A stretch of DNA of 64,000 nt. It comes from Leptolyngbyaceae cyanobacterium. GTDB lineage: Bacteria; Cyanobacteriota; Cyanobacteriia; Phormidesmidales; Phormidesmidaceae. Position 1 is the stretch's first letter, and each line of letters opens with the position of its first letter. The notes under the pieces are model-generated. The model searched no databases. It was given only the letters and a program-made list of their open reading frames with translations, and was not told where the DNA came from. This document shows, in pieces, positions 41,790 to 50,694 of this stretch. Where the stretch lies: contig JBHJHA010000011.1 of assembly GCA_050331235.1 (NCBI GenBank), positions 96,001 to 160,000 of the forward strand. Direction: 5' to 3'. A program made the position numbers and the translations under genes.

Positions 41790-43385
41790 CTACTCAGATG
41801 AGCTGTTGGCCATGGCCATTTCTTCATGGGTTGGCATTTCCCCTGAGGTTAGTCGCCGCCAATAGTCTTTAAGGTCATCGGCAAGTTCATTTGACAAGAT
41901 ATAGCAGCCCAGCAGGTTAGGAAACGCCATGCCTAGCAGCATCAAATCGCTGAAGTCAATAATCAATCCTAAGCTGGTTAGCGTTCCTAAAAATGTACAA
42001 AAAACGTAAACGATTTTGAACACAATAGAACTACGCTCACCAAACAGGTAGGTCCAGGCTTGGATGCCGTAGTAGCTCCAGGAAATGATGGTAGAAAAGG
42101 CAAATAAGCAGACTGCCAAGCTCAGCACAATTGGAAACCAACCAATGACAGACTCAAACGCACTGGAGGTCATAGCAACCCCCGTCAGACCGTCGCCGCT
42201 ATCTTGATAAACACCCGTAATGACGATCGCGATCGCGGTCATATTGCAAATCAGAATGGTATCAATAAAGGGCTCTAGTAAGGCGACGATCCCCTCACGA
42301 ATGTGCTCTTTGGTGCGAGCGGCCGAGTGAGCAATGGCAGCCGACCCCACCCCCGCTTCATTGGAAAAGGAACTGCGGCGAATCCCCTGAACAATTACGC
42401 CGACGATGCCGCCAGCGATCGCCGTAGGGGCAAACGCCTGGCTAATAATTGTGCCCACTGCCGCCGGTACCTGTCCTACGTTCACCACAATCACAAACAG
42501 GCAGGCAATCACGTAGATCGCCGCCATGGCCGGTACCAGCTTTTCCGCCACTGCGCCAATGCGGCGAATCCCCCCGATGATGACAAAGGCGGCTAGCGTC
42601 GCCAAAATCACCCCAAAGATCCAAGCCGGCAAGCCCGGAATTAGGCTGCTAATTGCCGCATAGGCCTGATTAGACTGAAACATATTGGCGCCGCCTAAAC
42701 TGCCGCCTAAGCAGAGAATGCAAAACAGCACCGCTAAACCTTGGCCCAAAGGCCGCATTCCCTTATCCGATAGCCCTTTGGTCAGGTAATACATCGGACC
42801 ACCCAGCACCGTGCCATCGGCAGCGATGCGGCGATACTTTACCGCGAGGGAGCATTCAACAAACTTGGTCACCATGCCGCAAAAACCGGCCATGGTCAGC
42901 CAAAACATTGCCCCCGGCCCCCCCAATTGAATCGCAACCGCGACCCCGGCAATATTGCCCAATCCAACTGTGCCCGACACCGCCGTGGCCAATGCTTGAA
43001 AGTGGGAAACCTCGCCTTCGTCGTTGGGATCATCAAACTCACCCCGCACCACGTCGACGGCATGTTTAAAGCCGCGCAGATTGATAAAACCCATGCGGAT
43101 AGTGAAAAAAATAGCGGCCACAAACAGCCACAGTACAATAAAGGGAAATCCGTTTTCTCCTCCAACTTTAAAGAATAGGAGAGTCGCCATCACGTCAACG
43201 ATGGGCTTGAAAAACGCATCTACGCCCGTGACGGTATCATCTTGGGCCCACCCGGGCCAGGCGGCAAATATTAAAAACAGGCCGGTCAAGCCCATCATCC
43301 AAAGCGGGTTGCGAGGGTTAAGGATCCCCACTAAATTGGTCGGCGAGGCAGTCATTCCTTGACTCTGCCTAAAATCTTTTCTCAT
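41790..43385 (-). CDS. Alanine/glycine:cation symporter (AGCS family)
   Basis: GEVSHFQAL, TVGLGNIAGVA, GGPGA.FW, GGPMYY, FSNEAGVGSA and LLEPFIDT. Confidence 0.95.
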   Translation of the reverse strand: MRKDFRQSQGMTASPTNLVGILNPRNPLWMMGLTGLFLIFAAWPGWAQDDTVTGVDAFFKPIVDVMATLLFFKVGGENGFPFIVLWLFVAAIFFTIRMGFINLRGFKHAVDVVRGEFDDPNDEGEVSHFQALATAVSGTVGLGNIAGVAVAIQLGGPGAMFWLTMAGFCGMVTKFVECSLAVKYRRIAADGTVLGGPMYYLTKGLSDKGMRPLGQGLAVLFCILCLGGSLGGANMFQSNQAYAAISSLIPGLPAWIFGVILATLAAFVIIGGIRRIGAVAEKLVPAMAAIYVIACLFVIVVNVGQVPAAVGTIISQAFAPTAIAGGIVGVIVQGIRRSSFSNEAGVGSAAIAHSAARTKEHIREGIVALLEPFIDTILICNMTAIAIVITGVYQDSGDGLTGVAMTSSAFESVIGWFPIVLSLAVCLFAFSTIISWSYYGIQAWTYLFGERSSIVFKIVYVFCTFLGTLTSLGLIIDFSDLMLLGMAFPNLLGCYILSNELADDLKDYWRRLTSGEMPTHEEMAMANSSSE

Positions 43386-43563
43386 ATGTCTGACTCAAAT
43401 TTCTCTTACGAACAGATTCACCAGCATCGCAAACTTAAAAGCTGTCAACACAAGGATTTTTGCTCACCTGCTCTTTTAATCAACGGCGACCCAAAAACGG
43501 TTTAATACTTTTTGTGCTCCCTACGAAACAATTAACCAGAGTCACGACTCAGTCGCTTTCCCT

Positions 43564-43590
43564 AAAAAACAGCTCGCTGACGCTGCGAGC
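43564..43590 (-). terminator. Intrinsic terminator-like hairpin between the VOC gene and the symporter
   Basis: Minus strand GCTCGC-AGCGTCA-GCGAGC followed by TGTTTTTT. Confidence 0.45.
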
Positions 43591-43821
43591 ACAGCTTCTC
43601 TCTAGGAATCTTTGAGAACGATTCCATAGAGAACTGGAGCCTCCGCAACTAACCCTCAACATGGATCAGCAAGCAAAGCAGCGCGTGAAAGAGTCAACCT
43701 TTTCCCTGCAGCTGAGTCGTTGGCAGCAACTAAACTATGGAGTTATAAATATCAATTTTTCGATGGTCCCACTGTTAATTTCGACACGTTAAATCGTACG
43801 AGCTTTCACAATCGAGAAACC

Positions 43822-44139
43822 TCAATGGGGTTGGCCCTCGGGCCAAATTTCGTCAATTTCTACAGCTTGCTGTGGTGCTGTAAAGAGCTCCCAGACAATC
43901 CCGTTGCAGTCAGTGTCTGCGGTCATCTGCTCAGCCGTGTCATCTTCCCATCCTAGATGACGCAGGTTGCCGGGTTGACATGCCAAATCTTGCCGCACCG
44001 AAAAGTTCAACGTGTCGGTACGCCACAGCGCATAGGCCGCTGGTACAACGACCGTAGGTTCCATGCCCAGGCGTTGAGTGTAGTCTTCAATAGTGGCCGC
44101 CAAATCTTGGGTCGCGATCGCGATGTGAAATCGTCTCAT
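43822..44139 (-). CDS. VOC/glyoxalase-family protein
   Basis: RFHIAI, LRHLGW and D.NGIVWE. Confidence 0.8.
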   Translation of the reverse strand: MRRFHIAIATQDLAATIEDYTQRLGMEPTVVVPAAYALWRTDTLNFSVRQDLACQPGNLRHLGWEDDTAEQMTADTDCNGIVWELFTAPQQAVEIDEIWPEGQPH

Positions 44140-44142
44140 GGA

Positions 44143-44537
44143 TTAGTCGGGCTTCGTCACAGCAGTAGCAGGGGCCGCAATTACCTGCCAGCCGTCAGGG
44201 GTCGCCTGCCATACGCGAATAAACTGTAGCGTACTTTCAAACGATCACCGGACAAAGGTATCCACAATATGAGCAGTCACAAGGCTGCGGCTTGCCTTAA
44301 AGGTTGATCAACCAGTTGGGAAGCGTCATGGCATCGATGCTGATCTGACCGGGGCAATGGGTTTCAAGATCATCCTGCCGTGGCAGTGCGGTCCTAGGCT
44401 GCCCCCATTCAGCCCCGCCGTGTCCTTATCATAAAAGGGCTGATTACACAGGTCTAGCGCATGAAATCAGCCGGGTATAGCTCAACCCCGAGGAAAGTAG
44501 AAAGCTCTAGGTGAGCCAACTCGATAGTTGTTGGCAT
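44143..44537 (-). pseudogene. Degenerate DUF4440/SnoaL-like (NTF2-fold) gene
   Basis: Fragments in shifting frames: HALD, RQDDLETHCPGQISIDAMTL, VTAHIVDTF*SFESTLQFIRVWQATPDGWQVIAA. Internal stops are present, and the terminal TAA is 3 nt before the VOC ATG. Confidence 0.6.
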
Positions 44538-44589
44538 GATGCTTAGCCCTCTAAATCAAAAAATTGCATGGCGATCGCTACGCAGTCGG

Positions 44590-45972
44590 CTAAAGCCGTC
44601 GCGGGAAGCGTTGCCACAACCACTGCCAGACCCACTCCACCCGGACTAGCAGCCAGTCAATGCCGCGCAGCAACCACATCAGCGGCGGATCCAGGTATTT
44701 TTCCGCCAAGACTTCAACATTGATCCAGTCCTCCGCAGCGGCTTTGACTGCGATTCCCGTCCCATCAGAGCGTAAAGCACGATTGCTCTGTGCCTGGGGT
44801 AGCGTCGTGACCGGCTCATTGAAGTCAGCAGCCAACCCCGCCCAGAGTAAGGGGGGTGTATTGCCATCTGCTGGAACGCCCTCAGGGTAATCAGTCTGCG
44901 GCAACACAGACAACATTGCCGGGTCAAACAACCACTGACGAATGAGCAAGGTCCGGGCGGAAAAATAGGTCTGCAATGGCGACAGCCACGATCGCGGCGG
45001 CCGACAGTGTTCGCTGAGGCCGGGGCCAGATGCCGCGGGGAGCAATGATCGCGGCGTTATGCCTCGCAGGAAACGCGGGGGCGATTGTCGTGACAACTTT
45101 AACCGAGTTTGCACCGTGATCCAGGCAGCACGACATGATTGGAACCGGCGATAGTCAATCAGCCAGCTTCGCTGGGGCAGCAGCAGTGGTGGGGAGTCGA
45201 TTCCTGGCTCCAGTGTTGGCAGTAGGTCCAAGGATGTCGATGCAGATTCCGCTCGCTCTAACCGATGCGCCGCAGTCGGTAGGCTGGACTGCAGCCAAGC
45301 GATCGCCGCCACCAATACCCGCATTGGCCAGCCAACGCAGGAAGGTCCCGCTGGTAATGGCTGAGTCGAGGGCGACGCAAGGGTTTGCCGTTGCCCCGGT
45401 GGGGACATCCGCAGGCAAGCGGCGATCGCCGCCGCGATCGCCGCTTGTTGCTGTGCCGACAAACAATCCAGTACCTGATTGGTAGTGCTGACCAAGATGA
45501 CAGCTCGACTTTGGAGGCAGCTCGCGACCCCTTGAATTTGGATAGTGCCAGGCAGTTGTGAAGCGGTCACAACGGGGATGGGGATCGTTGTCGCCGCTGC
45601 CAAAGTGTGACGCTGACTCGAGTCCAGGGCTAAAATTTCCTCGGTCAAGGTAGTCCGAGGTATGACAGTAGCCAAGACCTGAACGATAGCCCAGTCAGCT
45701 GGCCAGATTGGGGGCATACGCCGCTCTGGAATAGGGAGGATAAAGCCCAGGCGCTGTCGCCAGACCGTCGCTACCGCCTGAGCTTTATTCAGAGCTGTGC
45801 GGGTCGTTTGCCAGGCAGTATAGGCCGGATAAAGCGCCACTTGGGTCCACAGTAGCGCCGGCGCTCGACAAGAGCGGACATAACGCGCACCCGATACTTT
45901 GAGGCGGCGCCAGAGTCGCACCGCACGCATCATCATCTGACTCTGAAAGGGGCGTGAGGGGGAGGCCATCAC
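44590..45972 (-). CDS. Hypothetical cyanobacterial protein
   Basis: 460-aa ORF; IQGVAS.L..R..ILV...NQ.LD.L..QQQ and C-terminal Y..P.L.WL...IDW are conserved-looking blocks. Confidence 0.7.
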   Translation of the reverse strand: MMASPSRPFQSQMMMRAVRLWRRLKVSGARYVRSCRAPALLWTQVALYPAYTAWQTTRTALNKAQAVATVWRQRLGFILPIPERRMPPIWPADWAIVQVLATVIPRTTLTEEILALDSSQRHTLAAATTIPIPVVTASQLPGTIQIQGVASCLQSRAVILVSTTNQVLDCLSAQQQAAIAAAIAACLRMSPPGQRQTLASPSTQPLPAGPSCVGWPMRVLVAAIAWLQSSLPTAAHRLERAESASTSLDLLPTLEPGIDSPPLLLPQRSWLIDYRRFQSCRAAWITVQTRLKLSRQSPPRFLRGITPRSLLPAASGPGLSEHCRPPRSWLSPLQTYFSARTLLIRQWLFDPAMLSVLPQTDYPEGVPADGNTPPLLWAGLAADFNEPVTTLPQAQSNRALRSDGTGIAVKAAAEDWINVEVLAEKYLDPPLMWLLRGIDWLLVRVEWVWQWLWQRFPRRL

Positions 45973-46282
45973 GAGAGCTCACTGCTACCAAGGCCCCAAT
46001 CCTATCAGATCAGTTGTCGCCAACTATTGGGCTTCGTTGCGATCGGTGCGACCCAGCGATCAGTAGGGTGGACAGGAGAGCAATATTCACACTAGGATCC
46101 AGAAACTGCGTCGAATTCTGCCGATAGCAGGTCAATCCCAGCTCATCAGAGCGGGGGCTGTATTTGCCAACAGATGTCAGTGCCATCTCAGGTTGACGCT
46201 GCGTCACCCAAATGCGCCGCGATCAACGGCGAAAGGATTGTAACGAAACGTCAGTATTCGCCCAACGACTCAATCGACTGAG

Positions 46283-46666
46283 CTATCTAAGGCTTGCGAC
46301 CGCTTGAGCCTGACTGGGAAACGAGCAGTCCAGCACTAAGCAATCAGTCTTGGCGATGAAAGGACCATGGACTTCGCCGGGTGGGCGGCTGGCATAGTTG
46401 CCGGGCTGCAGCCACCGTTCAAACGCGCAATCGTATAGCTGACCGGAAATAATGAAGATCTCTTCCGGAAAGCCATGCACCTGCGGTCCAAAGGCAGTCG
46501 TATCGGCCCCGGCATGAAACCGAGTCAGCCGGGTAAAGTCACCTGTCACAGCATCGACCGCGAGAAAAATCTGTTCGACCATGCCGTCCGTACCTTCTAC
46601 GGCTGTCCAGCGGTGAACGTGCTGAGCAGACAAAGGGTTCCAATAGGGGGTCGTCGTTTTTGCCAT
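46283..46666 (-). CDS. ChrR-like cupin protein
   Basis: TRLTRF.AG, H.FPEEIFIISG and G.YASRPPG.VHGPF. Confidence 0.85.
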   Translation of the reverse strand: MAKTTTPYWNPLSAQHVHRWTAVEGTDGMVEQIFLAVDAVTGDFTRLTRFHAGADTTAFGPQVHGFPEEIFIISGQLYDCAFERWLQPGNYASRPPGEVHGPFIAKTDCLVLDCSFPSQAQAVASLR

Positions 46667-46705
46667 CGGATCACCAGTTTCGATTAGCCAGCCAACTCGG
46701 GAAAA

Positions 46706-47452
46706 TCAAGTTAAGTGAAGGCCACCATCAGCCAGCACAATTTCCCCGGTGAGATAGGAACTGGTAATGAGCATAGCGGCAATGTGGGCAATGTCTGCGG
46801 GCTGGGCGCTGCGCTGCATGGGCGATCGCGTTTTCCACAGATCGTGGGCTGCAGTCCACGTCTGGCTCATAGGGGTGTTGACCAGTCCCGGAGCGATGGC
46901 ATTGACACGAATCTGGGGAGCCAAAGTCAGTGCCAGTAGTTGAGTCAGGTGATTGAGGGCAGCTTTGCTCACCGCATAAGGGATAGACGCGCCCTTAGGA
47001 CGAAGGCCCGCATGGGAACTAATATTCAAAATGCAGCTGGGGCAGTCGGGGCTGGCTGCCTGTCGCAGGCTAGCTTCTGCCTGGGTAATCAATGCCCAAG
47101 GGGCAATCACATTGACGTCATACAGAGCACGCCAAATGTCTGGGGGCGCCGCCGGTAGGTCAGCATGGGCGATCGCCGCAGTCATACCCGCATTATTCAC
47201 CAGCACATCTAAGCGGCCATGGTGAGATAGCACCGCGTCAATTAACTGCGAGGCTGCAGCCGTGTCAGCAAGATCAGCCTGGGTGTAAGAAGCGTCGGGG
47301 CAGCTCGCCGCCAAAGCCTCACCCACCGCCACTGAAGACTTAGAGTGAAAGGCGATCGCAAATCCATCCGCAGCCAACTGCAGGGCGATCGCCCGACCAA
47401 TTCCCGACGTGGACCCTGTAACCAGCGCGACTCGCGGTGAGGGAGACCTCAT
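46706..47452 (-). CDS. Short-chain dehydrogenase/reductase
   Basis: TGSTSGIG, LVNNAG, YAVSK and RVNAIAPG. Confidence 0.92.
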   Translation of the reverse strand: MRSPSPRVALVTGSTSGIGRAIALQLAADGFAIAFHSKSSVAVGEALAASCPDASYTQADLADTAAASQLIDAVLSHHGRLDVLVNNAGMTAAIAHADLPAAPPDIWRALYDVNVIAPWALITQAEASLRQAASPDCPSCILNISSHAGLRPKGASIPYAVSKAALNHLTQLLALTLAPQIRVNAIAPGLVNTPMSQTWTAAHDLWKTRSPMQRSAQPADIAHIAAMLITSSYLTGEIVLADGGLHLT

Positions 47453-47460
47453 GTTAGTTT

Positions 47461-47490
47461 TCTCCTGACCAACCATCTCCTGACCAACCA
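47461..47490. repeat. 15-bp tandem duplication containing the SDR ribosome-binding site
   Basis: TCTCCTGACCAACCA x2. Confidence 0.85.
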
Positions 47491-47866
47491 TAGCGATCGC
47501 GGCCACGATGGGAATAACCCTTACCATTCGTGCTGGCACTCGTTGCAGTGAAACCGAGGCGTCTCCGGAGACAAGTCACACCCTCCCAGGACAATCATCT
47601 GCCCATACGGTGGCTCCAGTCGCTCAACGTCATCGTTTGGCAAACCATATTGAATGCTGGCCGTATTTTGGGCCCCGCACTAAGGACGAGGGCTTTGATG
47701 GATAGCGCCCCATTCGCGTTGCCGGGCTAACTTTTCCGCCTGCCGCCGTTCGGCAGCTTGCTGAGCCCATCGGTGCTTTTTGCTGTGAATTCCCTTGACC
47801 ATCGCAGATCTGAGGCATTAATTCTAAATTGTCGTGAAGCAAGTCAGCACGACAACCAATAGGGCC

Positions 47867-48274
47867 CTAATGGGCTGAGCTCGCTTCATATAGCTCAATC
47901 GGTAAGTCATCGGGGTCTTTGAAAAAGACAAACCGCCGTCCGGTATATTCATCCGTTCGAATCTTTTCGACGGCGACATTAGCGGTCTCAAGTTTGTTGA
48001 TCCACGGCTCAAGCTGCTCCACTGCAAAGGCTAGATGCCTGAGTCCCTGGGCCTCCGGTCGGGAGGGCCGGGGTGGCGGAGCGGGAAAGGAAAAAAGCTC
48101 GATTTGGGAACCGTCGGGTAGGGCTAAATCTAGTTTGTAAGACTGCCGCCCAGCCCGATAATTTTCGGCCACAATTTTGAGCCCTAAGATTTGGGTATAG
48201 AAATCCCGAGAAGTCTCATAATCTGAACAAATGACAGCCACGTGGTGAATGCGGAGCAGATTAACAGGAGGCAT
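47867..48274 (-). CDS. VOC/glyoxalase-family protein (YaeR/GloA2-like)
   Basis: IHHVAVICSDY, SYKLDL, IELFSF, GLRHLAF and FF.DPD.LPIELYE. Confidence 0.9.
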   Translation of the reverse strand: MPPVNLLRIHHVAVICSDYETSRDFYTQILGLKIVAENYRAGRQSYKLDLALPDGSQIELFSFPAPPPRPSRPEAQGLRHLAFAVEQLEPWINKLETANVAVEKIRTDEYTGRRFVFFKDPDDLPIELYEASSAH

Positions 48275-48509
48275 GGTGTCGCGGACCAAATATCCCGACT
48301 GTAGCATCAGCGCACTGCATCAAGCAGAGAGACGCGATCGCCTCGACCGGGTGCCGGCAGCAAGAATCCGACCGGAATAATGGGGTCGGGCCGTTGACTC
48401 GGCTGGCTGTTCAAGTATTTTTTCGCTATGCCGCAAGCGGCGGTGCCCGGCAGTCTTCGGGTACAGTCTTCTTGGACGCAAAAGCCGAACCATAAAAAGG
48501 GAGTAATTC

Positions 48510-48929
48510 GTGATTGTTATCCACCACAATCCTGACTGCGGCACATCACGCAACGTACTGGGCGTGATACGAGCGGCTGGGTACGAGCCCGTCGTGATCG
48601 AGTATCTCAAAACCGGGTGGACGCGACCTCAGCTGTTAGGCCTCTTTGCCGCCGCCGACCTGACAGCTCGCGCCGCCCTACGTGAAACCAAATCACCAGC
48701 TGCGGAGTTGGGTCTTTTGGAAATAGGGGTTGGCGAAGAGACAATCTTAGCGGCCATGTTGGAGCATCCAATTTTGGTCAACCGCCCGATTGTGTGTACG
48801 CCTAAGGGAGTTCAACTGTGTCGCCCCAGCGAAGCGGTCCTAGATTTACTTGATCAGTGGCCCGCTGGTCCCTACGCCAAAGAAGACGGTGAGCTTATCA
48901 TTGACGCCGCAGGGCAACGGGTCGGCTAG
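48510..48929 (+). CDS. arsC: Arsenate reductase, glutaredoxin-dependent
   Basis: HNPDCGTSRN, HPILVNRPIV and LCRPSE. Confidence 0.9.
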   Translation: MIVIHHNPDCGTSRNVLGVIRAAGYEPVVIEYLKTGWTRPQLLGLFAAADLTARAALRETKSPAAELGLLEIGVGEETILAAMLEHPILVNRPIVCTPKGVQLCRPSEAVLDLLDQWPAGPYAKEDGELIIDAAGQRVG

Positions 48930-48956
48930 ATGGTGGCAGACCCGACGGAAGCGCTG

Positions 48957-50072
48957 CTATGGAGTCTTACCATCGGTCATAACCCGCATCAACGCGGCTA
49001 GCAGCCGGGCGTTATCTGACGACGACCGGACTGCCAGGCGAAAGTAGCGATCGCCCAAAGCAGGAAAACTCAGACAATCGCGAATCAAAATCTGATCGCG
49101 CTGGAGGAGCTGGCGCTGAATTTCAGAACCAGGAAAATCACACCGGACCAGCAGATAGTTCGCCCTGCCGGGCAAAGGATACAGCCCTGGAATTGATTGC
49201 AAACCGGCAAAAAGCTGTGGCCGAGCTTGGGCAAGCCACTGCCAGGTTTGCTGCTGAAAATCCTGATCGTCTAGGGCGATAGCCGCCGCCGCCGCTAAAG
49301 CATTCACCGGCCAAGGGTCGCGCCACCGCTGCCAGCGCTGGAGTCGGTCTGGGTGGGCAACGGCATAGCCGAGCCGCAACCCCGGTAAGCTATAAAACTT
49401 GGTCAGCGATCGCACTACAACTAAATTAGGCCACTGGGCGATCTGGCTAATCAGACTCGACTGCTCCGCCGGGGGCAAAAAGTCCATAAAAGCTTCATCA
49501 ACCACCACCAAGGCAAACCGTTGCAGTAGCTGAATCAGGGCCGCAAGAGGTATCGTCAGCCCCGTGGGGTTATGGGGCGTATTCAACAGTAACCCGCAGC
49601 GAGCCGGGTCATGGTGTATACCAGCGGTCAATAACGAAACCCAGTCAACCGCTCCCCGTTCTGCCGCTGCCAGCGGCATGGAAATTGCTTGGACTGAAGC
49701 CCCAAACGCCGCCAGCGATCGCCCATAGTCACCAAAGGCCGGCGTCAAGAGATAGGTTGCGGTCAGGGTCGCTAAGTCCCGACCGGCCCAGGTCAAAAGT
49801 TCTGCAGCCCCATTGCCAGGGAGCACCCAATCAGAGGTCAACTGATGGTGACTCGCAAGCCGTTGGCGCATCGCCGCGTAGTCAGGGTTAGGATAGCGAG
49901 TCAACGCTGCCAAAGCTGAGTTAATCGCCGCGATCGCCGAGGGCGGCGGTCCGAGGGGACTAATACTGGCGGAAAAATCAAGCAAAGCAAAAGGGGAACA
50001 GCCAGCCACCGCAGCAGCCCACTCAAGGTTCCCCCCATGGTTTGGTCGATTCTTAAATAAACTATCTACCAA
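48957..50072 (-). CDS. cobD: L-threonine-O-3-phosphate decarboxylase (cobalamin biosynthesis)
   Basis: HGGN, DFSASISPLG, GNGAAEL, DEAFMDF, SLTKFYSLPGLRLGY and IRDC.SF. Confidence 0.88.
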   Translation of the reverse strand: MVDSLFKNRPNHGGNLEWAAAVAGCSPFALLDFSASISPLGPPPSAIAAINSALAALTRYPNPDYAAMRQRLASHHQLTSDWVLPGNGAAELLTWAGRDLATLTATYLLTPAFGDYGRSLAAFGASVQAISMPLAAAERGAVDWVSLLTAGIHHDPARCGLLLNTPHNPTGLTIPLAALIQLLQRFALVVVDEAFMDFLPPAEQSSLISQIAQWPNLVVVRSLTKFYSLPGLRLGYAVAHPDRLQRWQRWRDPWPVNALAAAAAIALDDQDFQQQTWQWLAQARPQLFAGLQSIPGLYPLPGRANYLLVRCDFPGSEIQRQLLQRDQILIRDCLSFPALGDRYFRLAVRSSSDNARLLAALMRVMTDGKTP

Positions 50073-50088
50073 CGAAATTAGAAGCGGT

Positions 50089-50364
50089 TTACTTACTCAC
50101 CATTTCTTTGAACTGTTTACCAGCCGAAAAAGCCGGCACCTTCGTAGCTGGAATCACCATCGTTTCACCTGTTTTAGGGTTGCGTCCTTCGCGCTCTTTG
50201 CGGTCCCGACGCTCAAACGACCCAAATCCGACCAAAGTCACTTTGTCACCGCTGGACACAGTTTCCATGATGGCTTCGATCGCCGCCGTCAATACAGAGT
50301 CAGCCTGCTTTTTGGTCACGCCAGACTTCTCTGCAACCTTATCAACCAATTCACCTTTATTCAT
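50089..50364 (-). CDS. hup: HU DNA-binding protein
   Basis: MNKGELV, VGFGSF, GRNPKTG and PAFSAGK. Confidence 0.97.
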   Translation of the reverse strand: MNKGELVDKVAEKSGVTKKQADSVLTAAIEAIMETVSSGDKVTLVGFGSFERRDRKEREGRNPKTGETMVIPATKVPAFSAGKQFKEMVSK

Positions 50365-50694
50365 GTCTGTGAGTCTCCTCTTGGGGGAATACGGATAGTC
50401 AGAGGGCGATCGCTAGCCACCGAACGGGGCCAACCTTGAGCATCCTTGCCCAAATCGCTGAAACCCCTGACATCCCGGAATTTCACAGCCCCATTCTAAG
50501 GGCAACTTTCAAAATATGGATCGTTCAAAGCTTTAATTTATGTGGTTTTGGGCTTTTTTTAACGAAAGGTAACGTAGTTCCAAGGGTTTCAGCCCCTAAA
50601 AACTCCAAAAAAAATGGCCAAAGCCCCTGTCAAACAAGGGCTCCAGCCATCACACCAGAACCAAACAAAACCACGCTGATTTTTGCCCATCGCC

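Noticed and set aside
43386..43821. Glycine or c-di-AMP riboswitch upstream of the AGCS symporter
   Set aside because: Conserved aptamer motifs are absent on the coding strand; the partial CCGCAACTAACCC resemblance is on the wrong strand.
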